A stretch of DNA of 64,000 bases from Iphione sp. A-MEVVRFRX5 (lineage: Eukaryota): assembly GCA_976226885.1 (NCBI GenBank), contig OZ320316.1, positions 62,930,001 through 62,994,000 on the forward strand, given 5' to 3'. Position 1 is the first letter of the stretch. The number at the start of each line of letters is the position of its first letter. Below the pieces are notes generated by a model. That model was not told the DNA's origin and did no database searches. It saw only the letters and a program-made list of their open reading frames with translations. This document shows positions 40,321 to 53,700 of the stretch, piece after piece. The translations under genes and the position numbers were made by a program.

Positions 40321-41578
40321 TTTATTATTGTCACGCGCGTACTCTACATTACACTGTAGGCATGTCCCAGTCGACTGCTCTGCTCGCGCCCCGAAATGAT
40401 AAAGTATGGCCACCTCGAAGAGCACTAACATTGACATTTTCGCCCTGTCAGCCCAAAGTACATTTACTTGGGGTATTACCCCTTCTGCTATAACCCTCGA
40501 CAAGCATTGCAATGCGGGATTCAATCCCTGCTTTAGATCCAGGCCGTCGGGTGGACAGCGTGCCTCGCTGCGCTGATTTATTCAACCGGTAGAGATCGAG
40601 TTTACAAAAGGGACTAGCCCTTCGCCGAAATAATGGGCCCTGAACGAGATCCGGCGGTAGAGCTGTCAGGCATGCCGGAGCTCGCCTATAGAGCACGTCG
40701 TCGCGGCCGCCGAGTTTGTTCTTAATAACGCCCGGACAACTTGTATATGAGGCCGGCCCTCTTGCCTCGACATATCTGATCGACTCACATTCCATTCATT
40801 TTCAATCACATTGCCGCGCGCTGAATGAGGCTCATGTGAAGAGAGACTGACAGCTTGTGGGAAAGGTCGGCGTGACGCCTCTCAGATTTAATTTGATCTA
40901 GATGCCTGCCGCTTCTTTATGTTTGTTGAACCTGTGGACAGTGCCCGTATCTTCGGCAGCCTCGCACATGAACTCTATTCACAGGAAATCCACTTACCAC
41001 AACTGAAAAATATCCCATGCATGAAGGTGTCCATACTTCTTTACCTTTTAAAATGCCATCCTTCGAAAAGGCAGTGTTTCACATACCAGACCAGCATGTC
41101 GTTCCTCCCTTATGCCAGGATGAAGTTGTTGTTAATTCATATGCATTAGTGTAGTTGACACATGAAACATCTTCCAACACCAAGTTAATCATAGCGATTT
41201 CTTGCACGCATGTATGCAAATGAAATGACAAGGTCAAATGTGATGTCGTGTTGGAATGAGAATTGATGCAGACAGGAGTGTTTTTAAGCCACTTACGGAA
41301 AGGAGCCAGAATCGATCTACATGCAATGATATAGTTTGACATGATGTATCTCCTGTACTCTGAATAGTAGCAGTAGCGTTGACTAAATGTTGAACTTTTT
41401 TATGTCCCCTTGTCACTTTGTATTTGTACATAATAACCCTACCTCATTGATTTGACGCTGCTTTACATTGAGACTTGTCACTCATGCTGTCGGCACCTGT
41501 CCTCTTTTCCTTACCCCCTCTGCCCTCACCTGCACGAGGTTCCCGTACCTGATGTGTGTTCTCTCTCCTCCCTTACAG

Positions 41579-41765
41579 GTGGCCGCCTCCGACCCCGACT
41601 GCGGTGGTAGTAGCCAGCTCGTCTACCAGGTGGCGTCGAGTCGCGGCTTTGGGCATCCCCGCGACCTGGAAGTGCGCGAGCGGACGGGCGAGGTGTGCGT
41701 CGTGCGGACGCTGGACTTCGAGACACGCCGCTCCTACGAGTTCTCCATACTTGCCAAGGATCAAG
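41579..41765 (+). CDS. ds: ds exon 1 in window (VAASDPDCGG...LDFETRRSYEFSILAKDQ), phase 0 to 1
   Basis: Acceptor ttctctctcctcccttacAG; donor G|gtaatt. The DPDCG...GEVCV..LDFE repeat with a cysteine pair resembles Ds repeat ~6, so earlier exons lie upstream of the window. Confidence 0.93.
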
Positions 41766-44700
41766 GTAATTAATGCATCCAAACCTTGAAGTCTCCAACA
41801 TACATCAGTGTTACTTATTTACATGATGCTGAGTTAGATGTTGCCCATCACTGTTGCTCGGTATTGAAGTGACCCTTAAAAAACCAGAATGATACAGTAT
41901 ATCCTTTTGCACCATTAATTTCTAATCTGTTATACTCTATGTAGCAGTTCCATCTTTTTATAGTCGTTACGGTACACACGTTTTGAATAGCAGTTTGTTT
42001 TCCGTTCCACATAAAATGCATGTATTTTCTTAAGCAGTCATCATACGCAGGTTTTTCTCTACGTGTGCGTAGCGCGACTTTACGCACCAACAATACATTG
42101 GTTGAATTTTCATGACACTTTAGAATTCCGAAATGTTACTGGAAGTAGGATAAATTTGAAATAGTGATATGCACATCCAATTGTTCCCTCGTCGTTATCA
42201 AGGGAAAATAGGAATGCAACTGTCTGACCCTTCTTCTTTTATTTTTTTAGATTTGGGTATAATAAAACAAAATAAATATCGGTAAATCTCTCTTTGTATA
42301 CATCTTGTATTATCGATAATACTACGTTACAACATACTGCTGATGGTGAGAGAACATGTACCGTGTTGTAATTTGGAATTGATGTGTCATTTCATCATCA
42401 GCCACCTTACTAGCATGAAACAAAGGAAAACCTTTATCACAGGGAAAAAGATATCTGTTTTGCACTGTGATCTAATGATATTTAAGCAAAGACCCATTGT
42501 TCAAGTCGCTTTCAGGGGCTTGTATTGGAAAGCCACTGTTCTTTATAACTGTCTCTATAGTGGCGAGACAAGACGCCCCCACTAAAGCATGATTGACAAG
42601 CCTGGCGCCGACCTCTGCCAGATACCCCGCCGTAACCTGTCCGACCGAAATACCCCTGTCCCTCTGCTGAAGACGGGAAGGAGGTTTGTCATTGTAACTC
42701 CCCTGTAACCTAGTAACGGAGCAGCATCTACAGGCTCGCAGTCTCATCGCCTTGCCGCCTGTAAAACTACAAGTGTAGAGACTTTTATGTTTAAAAAAAT
42801 ATCCTTAACACAGCGGCCTGTGGTAGCTCAATGGTCTGTGTGAGATATTGAGTACTGCTTAGCCTTTGTTTACCAGATTTGTAGGTGTCATCATCTAGAA
42901 TAGAAAAAGATATATTCGAGCGATCTGACAGAGAAAGCGTGGGCGATATCTAGCATCTACTCAGGGGCACTCGATGGACCGGTCTGCCTTTCCCTCTTCC
43001 TCAGAATGACGTCAACCAGTAGGCATCAGGTCTGGAGGGTGCCGCCGGTGACTGCGGTTACATGAGCCGCCACGAGGGGGAGGGCCCTGTTCGTTATTGT
43101 TCTATGAGCCCCCGACCTCACAGACGTGCCGATATACGGGCGGCGGCCGGTCTGCACACCAAATCTATGTTTATAAATGAGCTGCGACCTTAATATATAT
43201 ATGAATACCTTCCCAAATGAGTTTGCATGTCCGTCATGCGTTGAATGAGGCAGTTATACGTTTTCCACGGTTTTCCTGGTGATTTTTAAGAGTATCATTC
43301 CTAGCGTGCCTACTGAGATAGACACGGGAGTGTGTTAGCTGTTTTACGTGTTTTTATCATTGTTCCTACCACATGTTGCATCAATCAGCGTTCTGAGGAG
43401 CACCCCTCCTTGCACGACTTGGACTATTATCACATTGACAAGTTAGTTTTTAGTTTACACTCCTCCGAGGGCTGTTAAACTAAACAGGATGCTTCTATGA
43501 CAGATGCTTAGCGTGAAGTAACTTTATACAGAAGTTAAGGACCTTAATTCCAGATGTCACGGGGAGCCATATCTCACGCATCCTCTGTAGATTAAAAGTG
43601 GGCATTATCAGAACAGTTTTGAATGGAATTATGAGATGAAGGCTGCTCTAGAGTCCATCTACGTCCGTTCGTCTGTTTATTGAGTGATTTTTTTCATACA
43701 ATGAAGTCTGTAGGAAGTCACATCAGGTGGACTAGGACAGACCATTGCCTGTCGAGTCCCTCGTATGTCATGTAAATTGTGTCTTAACCGTATCTCCTAA
43801 AAAGATTGGCTGTCTTGTTGATTTGCTTTTAGAAATGCTGCTGTTTGACCCTCCACACTTCCAGTGTGCACCAGCACGCGCGTACATACACGCACACATA
43901 CACGCAGGATTTGTTCAGTAAATGCAGTAGATGTATCCCCGGTCATGTATCCACGTGTCTATGTTTGCCTTTGTCCCCACCTGCCCCTCCAGATGACCTA
44001 GAGGCTACGACAATAGTGAAGGTCACGCTACGAGACGTGAACGACAACCGTCCGCGATTCGAGCCAGCACAGTACAACGTGAACCTCGCTCAGACGACGC
44101 GCCCGCCCGCCTCCGTCGTCGTCGTGCGCGCTACTGACGCTGACACTGGTACGTTCGGTCGGCTGAGCTACTCGATCGTGTCCGGCAACGAGCTCAATAT
44201 CTTCAGAATCGATTCGACGACCGGTACGTGAGAGTTTGCACCCACTTTCTTGTTATGAGGGATCGCTTATTTTAAGGAACTCCAATGTGAAGTGTATTTC
44301 GGTATGGATAGTCATCTATTAAGATGCTCTCAAAATACAACGAAAAAAATATTGTCAATCTGCGATAAAACTTTGACAAGCTCTGAATGTAGTACATGTA
44401 TATGAATACATTATATATGGATGTTCTAATGTACCTCTATGGCGAACTAACAATACTAATCTTGGTGTCTAAAACTGAGCCTATAACTTATTTTTCTTTA
44501 GGAAACAATGAACTCTCTTAAGAGTAACCAACTCACTTTCTTATTATTGAATTGCAGAAGTGTCAGAAACAAATTACTGGAAATCGAAAATAATTTCAAA
44601 AAATTCCAAACTACTGTGGCAATCTTAACAGAGACGTGGTTAGACGAATCTATTCTAGATGCAATGATATTTATTGAAGGGTATCAATTAGTCCGTCTTG

Positions 44701-47700
44701 ATCGAAAATTGAAAAGAGGAGGTGGGATAGCAATATACTGCAAAACTGACTCTGTTAAGATGGAAGTCCTGGACAATTTCACAGAGTTAACTCCCAATTT
44801 AGAAATAATTACCACCGTGTTAGATGCAGGGATGAATCAGAAACTGATCCTGTGTGGGATATATAGACCACCAAATGGAAATGTAACAAGGGCACTGGAG
44901 AAGCTAGATGAGATAATCGAAAATGCATTTTTAATAAGCGAAAATATAATTCTAGTAGGGGATTATAACATAGACCAATTAGATAGAAAATGCAGGGATA
45001 CACTTGAATTACAACATCTACTTTCAAATAATAACTTAACACAACATGTGAGAAAACCAACTCGACGAGGAAGATATAAAAATAGTTGTCTTGATTTAGT
45101 CATATCGAGTTCACACTTAAATGGTAACACGTTAATTGAGGAGTCACATATCAGTGATCATGAAATAGTGATTTTTAAATTAAAATGCCCCCAAAAAACA
45201 AACAATGTAGCTAGTTTTACTTTTAGGAAATGGACTGAAGAAACTATATCCACTGTATACCGAGAGATTGATATGGTAGACTGGTCTCAGGTAAATCACA
45301 ATCGAGACCCAAACTATCAATGGTCGTATACAAAACAAAAACTCTGGTATATAGTAGAAAGCCATGTTCCTTATAAAACATTGTCAGATAAAACACAAAA
45401 ACAGTGCTACTTATCAAATAGAACTAGACAGTTAGTGTCAAATAGAAACACTATATCAAAAGCCATCAAGATGTATAACAAACCAGGGCTACACAAAATT
45501 ATCAAAGATATGAATGTTAATATCAGAAAGAGTATGACTGAAGACAAGCGTACTTACTATAGAAATATTTTCGAAAAATATAAAGGAGAACCAAAAAAAT
45601 ACTGGGCTACAATAGGAAAATTAGTAACACCAACAAAAAAAGACAGCACGTTTACTAATCTCCAACAGAATGAGAAAGAATTAGATGATCATGAAACGTC
45701 AGAAGCCTTCAATGATTTTTTCATTGAAGTTGGACAGGCAGAGCACAACATACATGGGAAGTGGATAACGTATGGAATAATGCATGGTGAAACGGCTTTT
45801 GAAATTAAATTGGCCAAGGTATCAGACATAATTCAATTATTAAAAAAGCAAAAAGATACAAAACCTAGTGGCTATAAAGAAATCCCAAATAAAATACTCA
45901 AAAAAATACTCATACATACAGCAGCAACTTTCACAGAGATAATTAATTCATCACTTAAAAATCAGATTTTTCCGAATGATTGGAAGCATGCAACGATTAC
46001 TCCTATATTTAAGAACAAAGGTAGTAGAAGAGATTGTGTCAATTATAGACCAATCTCTATCCTACCTATGCCAGCAAAAATCATAGAACAACTAGTACAT
46101 AAACAAGTATTCGAGTATATCACTAAAAATAATCTTTTGTCGGAACGTCAGTATGGATATAAGCCCGGGTCTTCTACAATACTAGCAATTGCAGATCTAA
46201 TGGACTATATTTATAGAGCTTTAAATAAAAACATGATAGTAGGGGCACTTTTTGTAGATTTTTCTAAAGCTTTTGATTGCATACAACATACTATAATTCT
46301 AAAAAAGTTAAATTTAATGGGTTTTTCAAATTTTTTAAATTGGTTCCAGTCATACTTAACTAATAGAACGAGTTGTACGAAATTTAAAAATGTCATTTCC
46401 TCTAAAAAATATGTAAAATCTGGAGTACCCCAGGGGAGCATATTAGGTCCCCTTATTTTTTCTCTCTTTGTAAACAATAGCATAGACATATATAAACACA
46501 GTAGGAGTTATATGTATGCTGATGACACAGCGATCCTGTGTGAAGGTACTGACCCATTTGAAATATCAGCTAAACTGAAAGAAGATTTCGAGACGCTAAG
46601 CAATTGGTGTCTTGAGAATGGATTGAAAATAAATTTTAAAAAGACACAAATAATGCTTTTTACCAGTAAGAATCATAAATATCGTAATGCAAAAATAAAT
46701 ATCACCTCTAACAATATAAAACTTGAACAGGTTACCCATTTCAAGTACCTCGGCTTTATTTTGGACAAACATCTATCACTGCAATATGAAATGAACAACA
46801 AACTTAGGAAGAGTTATCCATTGATAAATCTCCTTAGACACATACGAAGTACTGCAGGAGAGGAAATTGCACTACAAGTTTACAAAAGTTATTTTACACC
46901 ATTACTAGAATATGGGTTGGGTCTAATAATAAATACGACTAGTACAACCTTCAAAAAACTCTACAAACAACAATGTAAGGCATTGAGGATAGTACTCAGA
47001 AAATTTAGTATCACTGAACAAGAACTATTTTTAAAAACAGGAACGTGGCCTTTACACGTACGACGAGATTACTATCTAGAACTGATGTTTCATAGTAAAT
47101 TACAGAAAGAGTATAATGAAGCAGAACAAGTCTCCCTCTTACTTAGAAAAATAAATATTAAACTTCCTCGACCAAGGTTATCATCCCTCAAATTAAATCC
47201 AAAATATAAATCAATAGAAATCTGGAACAAATTACCCACATATCTGAAAACTTTAGATAATAAAACCTTCAAAAACAGTCTCAAAGTATACCTCTATAAC
47301 AGAGTAGAAGCAAACAACTGGAAAGTGAGTTGAATAGGGAACATTATCGTAGTACTATGACTACTACCTGAAGATTAAGAGGATGACCGAATCGATCATT
47401 TATTTAAGAGGGAAAAGAGGACACCAATTAATTCGATGATCTTTTTCAAAACTACTAAGACAACTAACAATAAATGAAGTTAAAGGGCTACTTAGATGTT
47501 GTACAGCACCTGAGTAACCTCAGGGCACCCCTTTTCTAGTCAATAGACTAAAACTGCATAACGTAAGGGAATGTTTATATACTATTCCTATTGTCAACTT
47601 CATGTAATGGATACAAGCCCTGGCTATATTTAGCCAGGTTAAATAAAAGTTTAAAAAAAAAAAATACATTATAGTTGCTTATTAGCGAATTGTTAACGTG

Positions 47701-50700
47701 TTGTTCTGTAACTAAAGGTGACGTGGAGCTGGCAGCACCCCTGCCCTCGTCCCCTCGCGTCTACCAGCTGGGCATAAGAGCGCGTGACGGTGGAGGCCTC
47801 ACATCGTCCATCAACGCCAACGTTAGCGTCAGTGTTCTCAGCGAGCGCCAGAGGCCTCCTCAGTTTAGTGAGCAGCTCTACCGGATGTCAGTGCGCGAGG
47901 ACGCGTCCATCGGCAGCACCGTGGGCACCGTGCGTGCCACCAACGCCAACCCTGGTGAGTATGTCCGACAGTGAAAATATATGGTAGTATCCATATCATT
48001 TTACCCTTTGATATGAGCCGCCCCCATGTGCATGTGAATGAGGTTTTGCTTTTATATTTTTTAGTTACCAATGGAAATACAGACTATTTCCCATCACAGC
48101 TGATTGTCAGTTTGTCTGTGTCGGAAGTCAAAGCATCTTGGCATAGAATCGTTAATTTACACTCTTATTCGACGCACATCCGCGCCGGGTAACTTAAAAC
48201 TTTATTCTAAACCATTATACGGCGCCTACGACTATACGTTTAAAATGCATAGCACATTAAAGGAATAGCAACTGTTTGATGTGTCAGCCATTTGACACTG
48301 CACTCTTTAAACAAGAATACAGGAGGGGGCACAATCCCAAAATGGATCAGGCAACCGAAACTGGTCAGCGTTGTATAAACACTTACATCCCTGTGGGTGA
48401 AACTCGAATTACGTTTCGTTAATTCAGTACCTCTTTTTCGCCCACCAGACGCCGGTGCAATCACCTACAGCCTGGTGTCCGGTGACCCGGGCGGTTACTT
48501 CTCCCTGGACCCGGTCACTGGGCAGCTCATCACCCGCCGCACGCTTGACTACGCCGCGGTCTCCTCCGCCATTCTCAACATCCAGGCGGCCAGCGGCTCA
48601 CCACCCTCCTATGGCAGTGCACAGGTAAGGCTTAGTCGCCCGGAAAACTTATTTTCTCTGACAGCTTCTGTCCACAGGTGCAGCCCGTCCGCTAAAGCAA
48701 CATTCAGATATACACTGTATAGAGCATTACTTTAATATATATATATATATATGGATCACATATATATTCCCGTTCTTCCACATACTAATTCAGAGTATAC
48801 GCACATGTACCAACAACACATTGGTGTTTTGATGTAAACTATGGAAACGCCCTTTCTAACAAGCACATGCTATAGCTAAGATCTAGAATGGATGGTTCTT
48901 TCGTTAACGTCTTTGTATACATGCTTCTCTGTAAACTCACAGGTGAGAATAAGCGTGACTGATGTGAACAACAACGCGCCCGAGTTCGAGGTGAGCTCCG
49001 TTGAGCTGTTAGTGAAGGAGAGCACCCCGGCCGACACTGTCGTCTACATGGCCGCCGCCTCCGACCGTGACGGCGGCGAGAACGGTCGCATCAGCTATTC
49101 ACTCGAGCAGGGCGACCAGTACTTCCGAATCAACGCCAGGACGGGTGCTATCGCACTGAGGCGGTCGCTGGACTACGAGGGTCAGAAGCTTCACACGCTG
49201 CGTGTAGTGGCGCGGGACAATGGCGCGTCAACGTCGCGGCGGGCGACGATGACAGTTACAGTGCAAGTGCAGGACGTTAACGACAATTCGCCCGTTTTTA
49301 GGCAGCCGCGCTACAGTGCCACCATCGTCGAGACGATCGCACCCAACACGCGTTTCCTGCAGGTAAACGCCACGGACAAGGATTCGGGTAACAACGCGCG
49401 CATCACCTACCTGTTGAAGAACGGGCCGCACATCGACAAGTTCGGTGTGCAGGCCGACGGCTACCTCTACAACCGCGTGCCGCTCGACCGCGAGGACAGG
49501 GACGAGTACACGCTGCACGTGGTGGCCATGGACAGCGGCATCCCACCTCGCTCTGCCAGTGCCGAGGTGCGCATCAGTGTACTCGACGCCAACGACAACA
49601 GCCCGGTCTTCCAGGAGGAGATGTACATCTTCCACGTGGAGGAGAACCGGCCGGCCGGTACCCTGGTGGGTGCCGTGTCGGCCAGCGACCGCGACCAGAC
49701 AGATAGTCTGAGCCTGGAGTACCTGCTATCAGGGGCTAACGACGTGTTCACGATCAAGAAGGATTCGGGCCATATCTTCACTAAAGGCCCCCTGGACCAC
49801 GAGGGTCAGAACGACTACATGTTGTCAGTGCAGGTAACTGACGGAGGATCGCCACCGCTGACAGCCTCAGTCAATGTGCGCATCCTGGTGCTCGATGTCA
49901 ATGATAATAGCCCCACCTTCGACCACCAGGGGGCCTACCGCGCCACAGTCGACGAGAATCAGCCGAAGGGTACGGTGGTTACCCAAGTGTCGGCGCATGA
50001 CCTCGACAAGGGTGAGAACGGAACCGTCACCTACCATTTCGCCGATACTACCGCTGGTGAGGACGCCGCCATCTTCACCATCCACGCCACTACCGGTCGC
50101 ATCAAAACGCGTGAGGTGCTGGACCACGAGACGCGGCGAGAGTATACGTTCAAGGTTATCGCGCGCGATGGCGGGTCGCCGCCGCTAGAGACGTCCAAGA
50201 CGGTGATCGTTACCGTCAACGACATCAACGAGAGCCCGCCGCTCTTCACCCGGAAGGAGATCACCTTCAAGATCAAAGAAAATACGCCGCCGGGCCGCGT
50301 CGTCGGTAACGTCAAGGCTAACGACACAGACTCGGGAGAGAATGGTCGCGTCGTGTATTTCCTAGTGGAAGGCAACCTCTTCGGCACTTTCAAGCTCAAC
50401 GAGACCACAGGCAGCATCCTCATCTCCAAGCCCGTCGATTACGAAGTGTCCTCGTCCTACACCCTGATCATTCGAGCCGTTGACAACAGCGTCAACCCCA
50501 TGAGCAGTAGTATCGTCGTTCACATTGAGGTGCTCGACGAGAACGACAACGCGCCTGTCTTTGAGCAGGACCCACTACTCATCCTGGTCCGCGAAGACAC
50601 CGCCGTAGGCAGTGCCGTCCACACGTTCCGGGCCCTAGACAAGGACAGCGGGGCACGCGGCACGGTTCACTACACCATCGTCTCCCAGTCGCCCGACACG

Positions 50701-53700
50701 GCCGTCTGGTTCAACATTGACCTGGTGACGGGAGTGCTCAGGGTAAACCAACCGCTCGACTACGAGCAGCTCCAGCAGGTCTCGGTACAGGTACAGGCGA
50801 CGGACCAGCCCGGCGCCGGCGGAGGCAAGCCGCTGTCGTCGAGCGTCACAGCACTAGTGCGGGTACAGGACGTGAACGACAACCCGCCGGTCTTCCAGAC
50901 GCGCGCCCAGCTCGACTTGCTGGAGGACGAGCCTGTCGGTTTCCCTATCGAGCACGTGTTCGCCACCGATGCCGACTCGCGCGAGAACGGGCGAGTGAGC
51001 TACGCTCTGGTTTCTGGAAACGAGCGCGGCCACTTCCGGATTGATCAAACTACGGGTAAGTCAGCTTCTTGGCCCTGTTTGGGGAGATTTGTTTCGTTGC
51101 AGTGTAATAAACATAGTAAACATTCATTATTGGAGGCGAGGCATGAGTTTAACAGTGTTTTTTTTATTCACGTCCTGTGTACATGTATGTCGTTCGCCCA
51201 GGTCTGCTGTCCATCGCTCGCAGTCTCGACCGTGAGGACGTGCAGCTGTTCCGACTCAACGTGACGGCCCGTGACCATGGCCACCCTCAGCAGTCGAGCT
51301 TCATCATGGTACGTATCCATGTCATCGACGTCAACGACAACCCACCCGCCTTCCGCAAACGTGTCTATAACGCCACCGTCGTCGAGAACGGATCGCCGCG
51401 CACCTTCGTCACCAACATTCAGGCTACCGACCCCGATACAGGTAGGGTTTTCCCCCCTCAGCTATACCTGCATTAATGATTCATTGAATAAATGCCGCCC
51501 AGCCAATCAGGACATAGAGAGTTTCAAAGTTCAGCATGAGATCTCTGCTCAAGCATAAAAGAAACTTGTGCATCTAGTCGAGGCATAAACATGCAAGTGC
51601 CTGACTGCTTCTTGGAGTAGATTTACATGGGTAACATATTTCTGGGTATGAAATGACAGATAACCCACAGATTTCGAGAATAATATACATGTACATAGCT
51701 CGCAAAAAATTTTACATGACCCGGGCGAAGTATGTATACATTGTTTGCATTTCTCCCCTCAGGTAAAAATGCTCAACTGAAGTACCTCATCCCACATGGC
51801 ATTGCCGACAACCGATTCGTCATCGGGGCGAGCTCCGGGGACATTGAGACGAACGGGACACTGGACCGTGAAACCCGCTCTGACTGGGTCATCACAGGTG
51901 AGGCACAACACCCAACTGTCACAACCGAAGCAGGTAGCTTAATAATCAATATTATCATGACAGCGTCATGATTATTTACTGTCAGTATATTTATTGCACG
52001 GTAACGTATGAGTTACTATCTATAAGTATTTTTCTAAGACCTCAGATTGCTGTTTCACAGGAACACTTCTGCATGTTATACAAGTACACTTAATTCGATC
52101 ACAGTCCCCAGACCCTTTTCCGTCCGACGTTCCAACTGAATTGGTGTTTTCTTTTTAGCCTACGTTAAGGACAGTGCCTTCCCGGCTTTATACGACACAA
52201 CGACTGTGCTAGTGACGGTAACGGATGTAAACGACAACGCACCAGTCTTCAAGCAGACACACTACAGCCTGGAGGTGCCGGAGAATGCGCAGGAGACGGT
52301 CATCCACACTGTCGTCGCTATGGACGCCGACGCCGGCGAAAACGGCCGCGTCACATACTCCATCGTCGGTTCGTTTAATTTTGTTATAACTTCGAAATTC
52401 AGGGAGAAAATCTGGGCTTTCCCTGTCTTACGTAGACAGCTGATTATTGTTGTTTTGTAGCGAATTGGTGGACGGACAAGAGTGCCAATGCATGAGGATA
52501 CCTAGGAAACGAAAATATTTTTTGGCTATTGATTTATCATATTACCCCACATATTGCTCCATTCCTCAGACAAGCATGTCTCACACAACACAAGCATGTA
52601 CATACATGTATGCAGTTACAGCATTGAAGTCAGAAATGTCTTTAGTTCATCTGCTACACACTAGAGGGCCAGGTGAGATATATTCGCTGCGTATAGCAGA
52701 CTTGAAGCCGAGATGACATTTCGGAGGTTCATATAATCTTCTCATTGTCCTTTTCACTCGTTCCTCCAGTGGGTGACTGCCACGTTACATTATTTATGAG
52801 ATGAAAATGTTGGTACTCTTTCCCTCATATATTCCTCATGCTTGTACTTAACGCAGATGGTAACGAGGACCGTCGGTTCGAGCTGAACCCTGTGACAGGT
52901 GAGCTGTTCTGCCTGCCTCTGGACCGCGAGCGGTCGTCCACCTACCGCCTGACCCTGAGGGCGGCGGACGCCGGCACGCCGCCGCGCACCGGACAGGCCA
53001 CGCTGACGGTGAGGGTGCTCGACGAGAACGACAACAATCCGGTCTTCGAACGGGCCCACTACGAGGCGATGATCGCGGAGAACGTGACTATCGGTACTGA
53101 GGTGGTGGCCGTGACGGCTGAGGACGCGGACGAGGGCGCCAACGCGCGCATACTCTACTCCATCAGTAACGCCACTGAGGGACTGTTTGTTATCAATAAC
53201 AGCACAGGCGTCATCATCACGGCCGGGTAAGTTGTCTCGACCTGTCAAGTCCCTGAGCAAGTGATTCTAAGACCAGGGGAACCATCGTTAACATCAGTCA
53301 GGGCCACCATGTGTAGTTGGAACTGATTATAATTTCCGCCGTTTTGTTTTTCTTAATAGATACATCCGCACAGGTATCCATGACTGTATTCTCACCGTTT
53401 TTGGTCCACGTTTGTGGGATGGTATATATGGTTTTTGGTATCTTATAGTGAATTCGACCGTGAGAAGAAAGACCTGTACACGTTCGAAGTGGACGCCACA
53501 GACGGCGGCCAGTACGGCCCTCGATCCCGCAAGGTGCGCGTGTCGGTACGAATCACCGACGTCAACGACAACGCTCCCGTCTTTACCCAGATCCCCTACA
53601 AGGCGAGCCTGTCGACCAGCGCTGCCGTCGGCCAGTACGTGGTGAGTGTCTCCGCCACCGACAAGGACGAAGGTGCTAACGGCCAGGTGTTGTACAGCCT

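Larger units (their letters stand above)
1..41578 (+). other. ds: 3' portion of a giant ds intron (>41.5 kb)
   Basis: The downstream exon starts mid-cadherin repeat with a strong acceptor. No cadherin-coding exon is visible upstream in the window, and ORFs there look non-coding or TE-decayed. Small missed exons cannot be excluded. Confidence 0.8.

Noticed and set aside
40400-40570. Minus-strand PDGL..LKQ.LNPAL..L...I.EG.IP, similar to a LINE RT N-terminus
   Set aside because: Too degenerate to support without a profile search. Similar faint LINE-like remnants at ~2.5-2.7, 13.8-14.1 and 15.1-15.4 kb were also left uncalled.
42815-42860. tRNA-like A-box GTAGCTCAATGGT
   Set aside because: No B-box or cloverleaf follows; not a tRNA and not a supportable SINE.
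44508-47333. Horizontal transfer of the LINE, suggested by its strong AT/A richness against GC-rich host exons
   Set aside because: A-rich coding strands are normal for LINEs; composition alone is not evidence.
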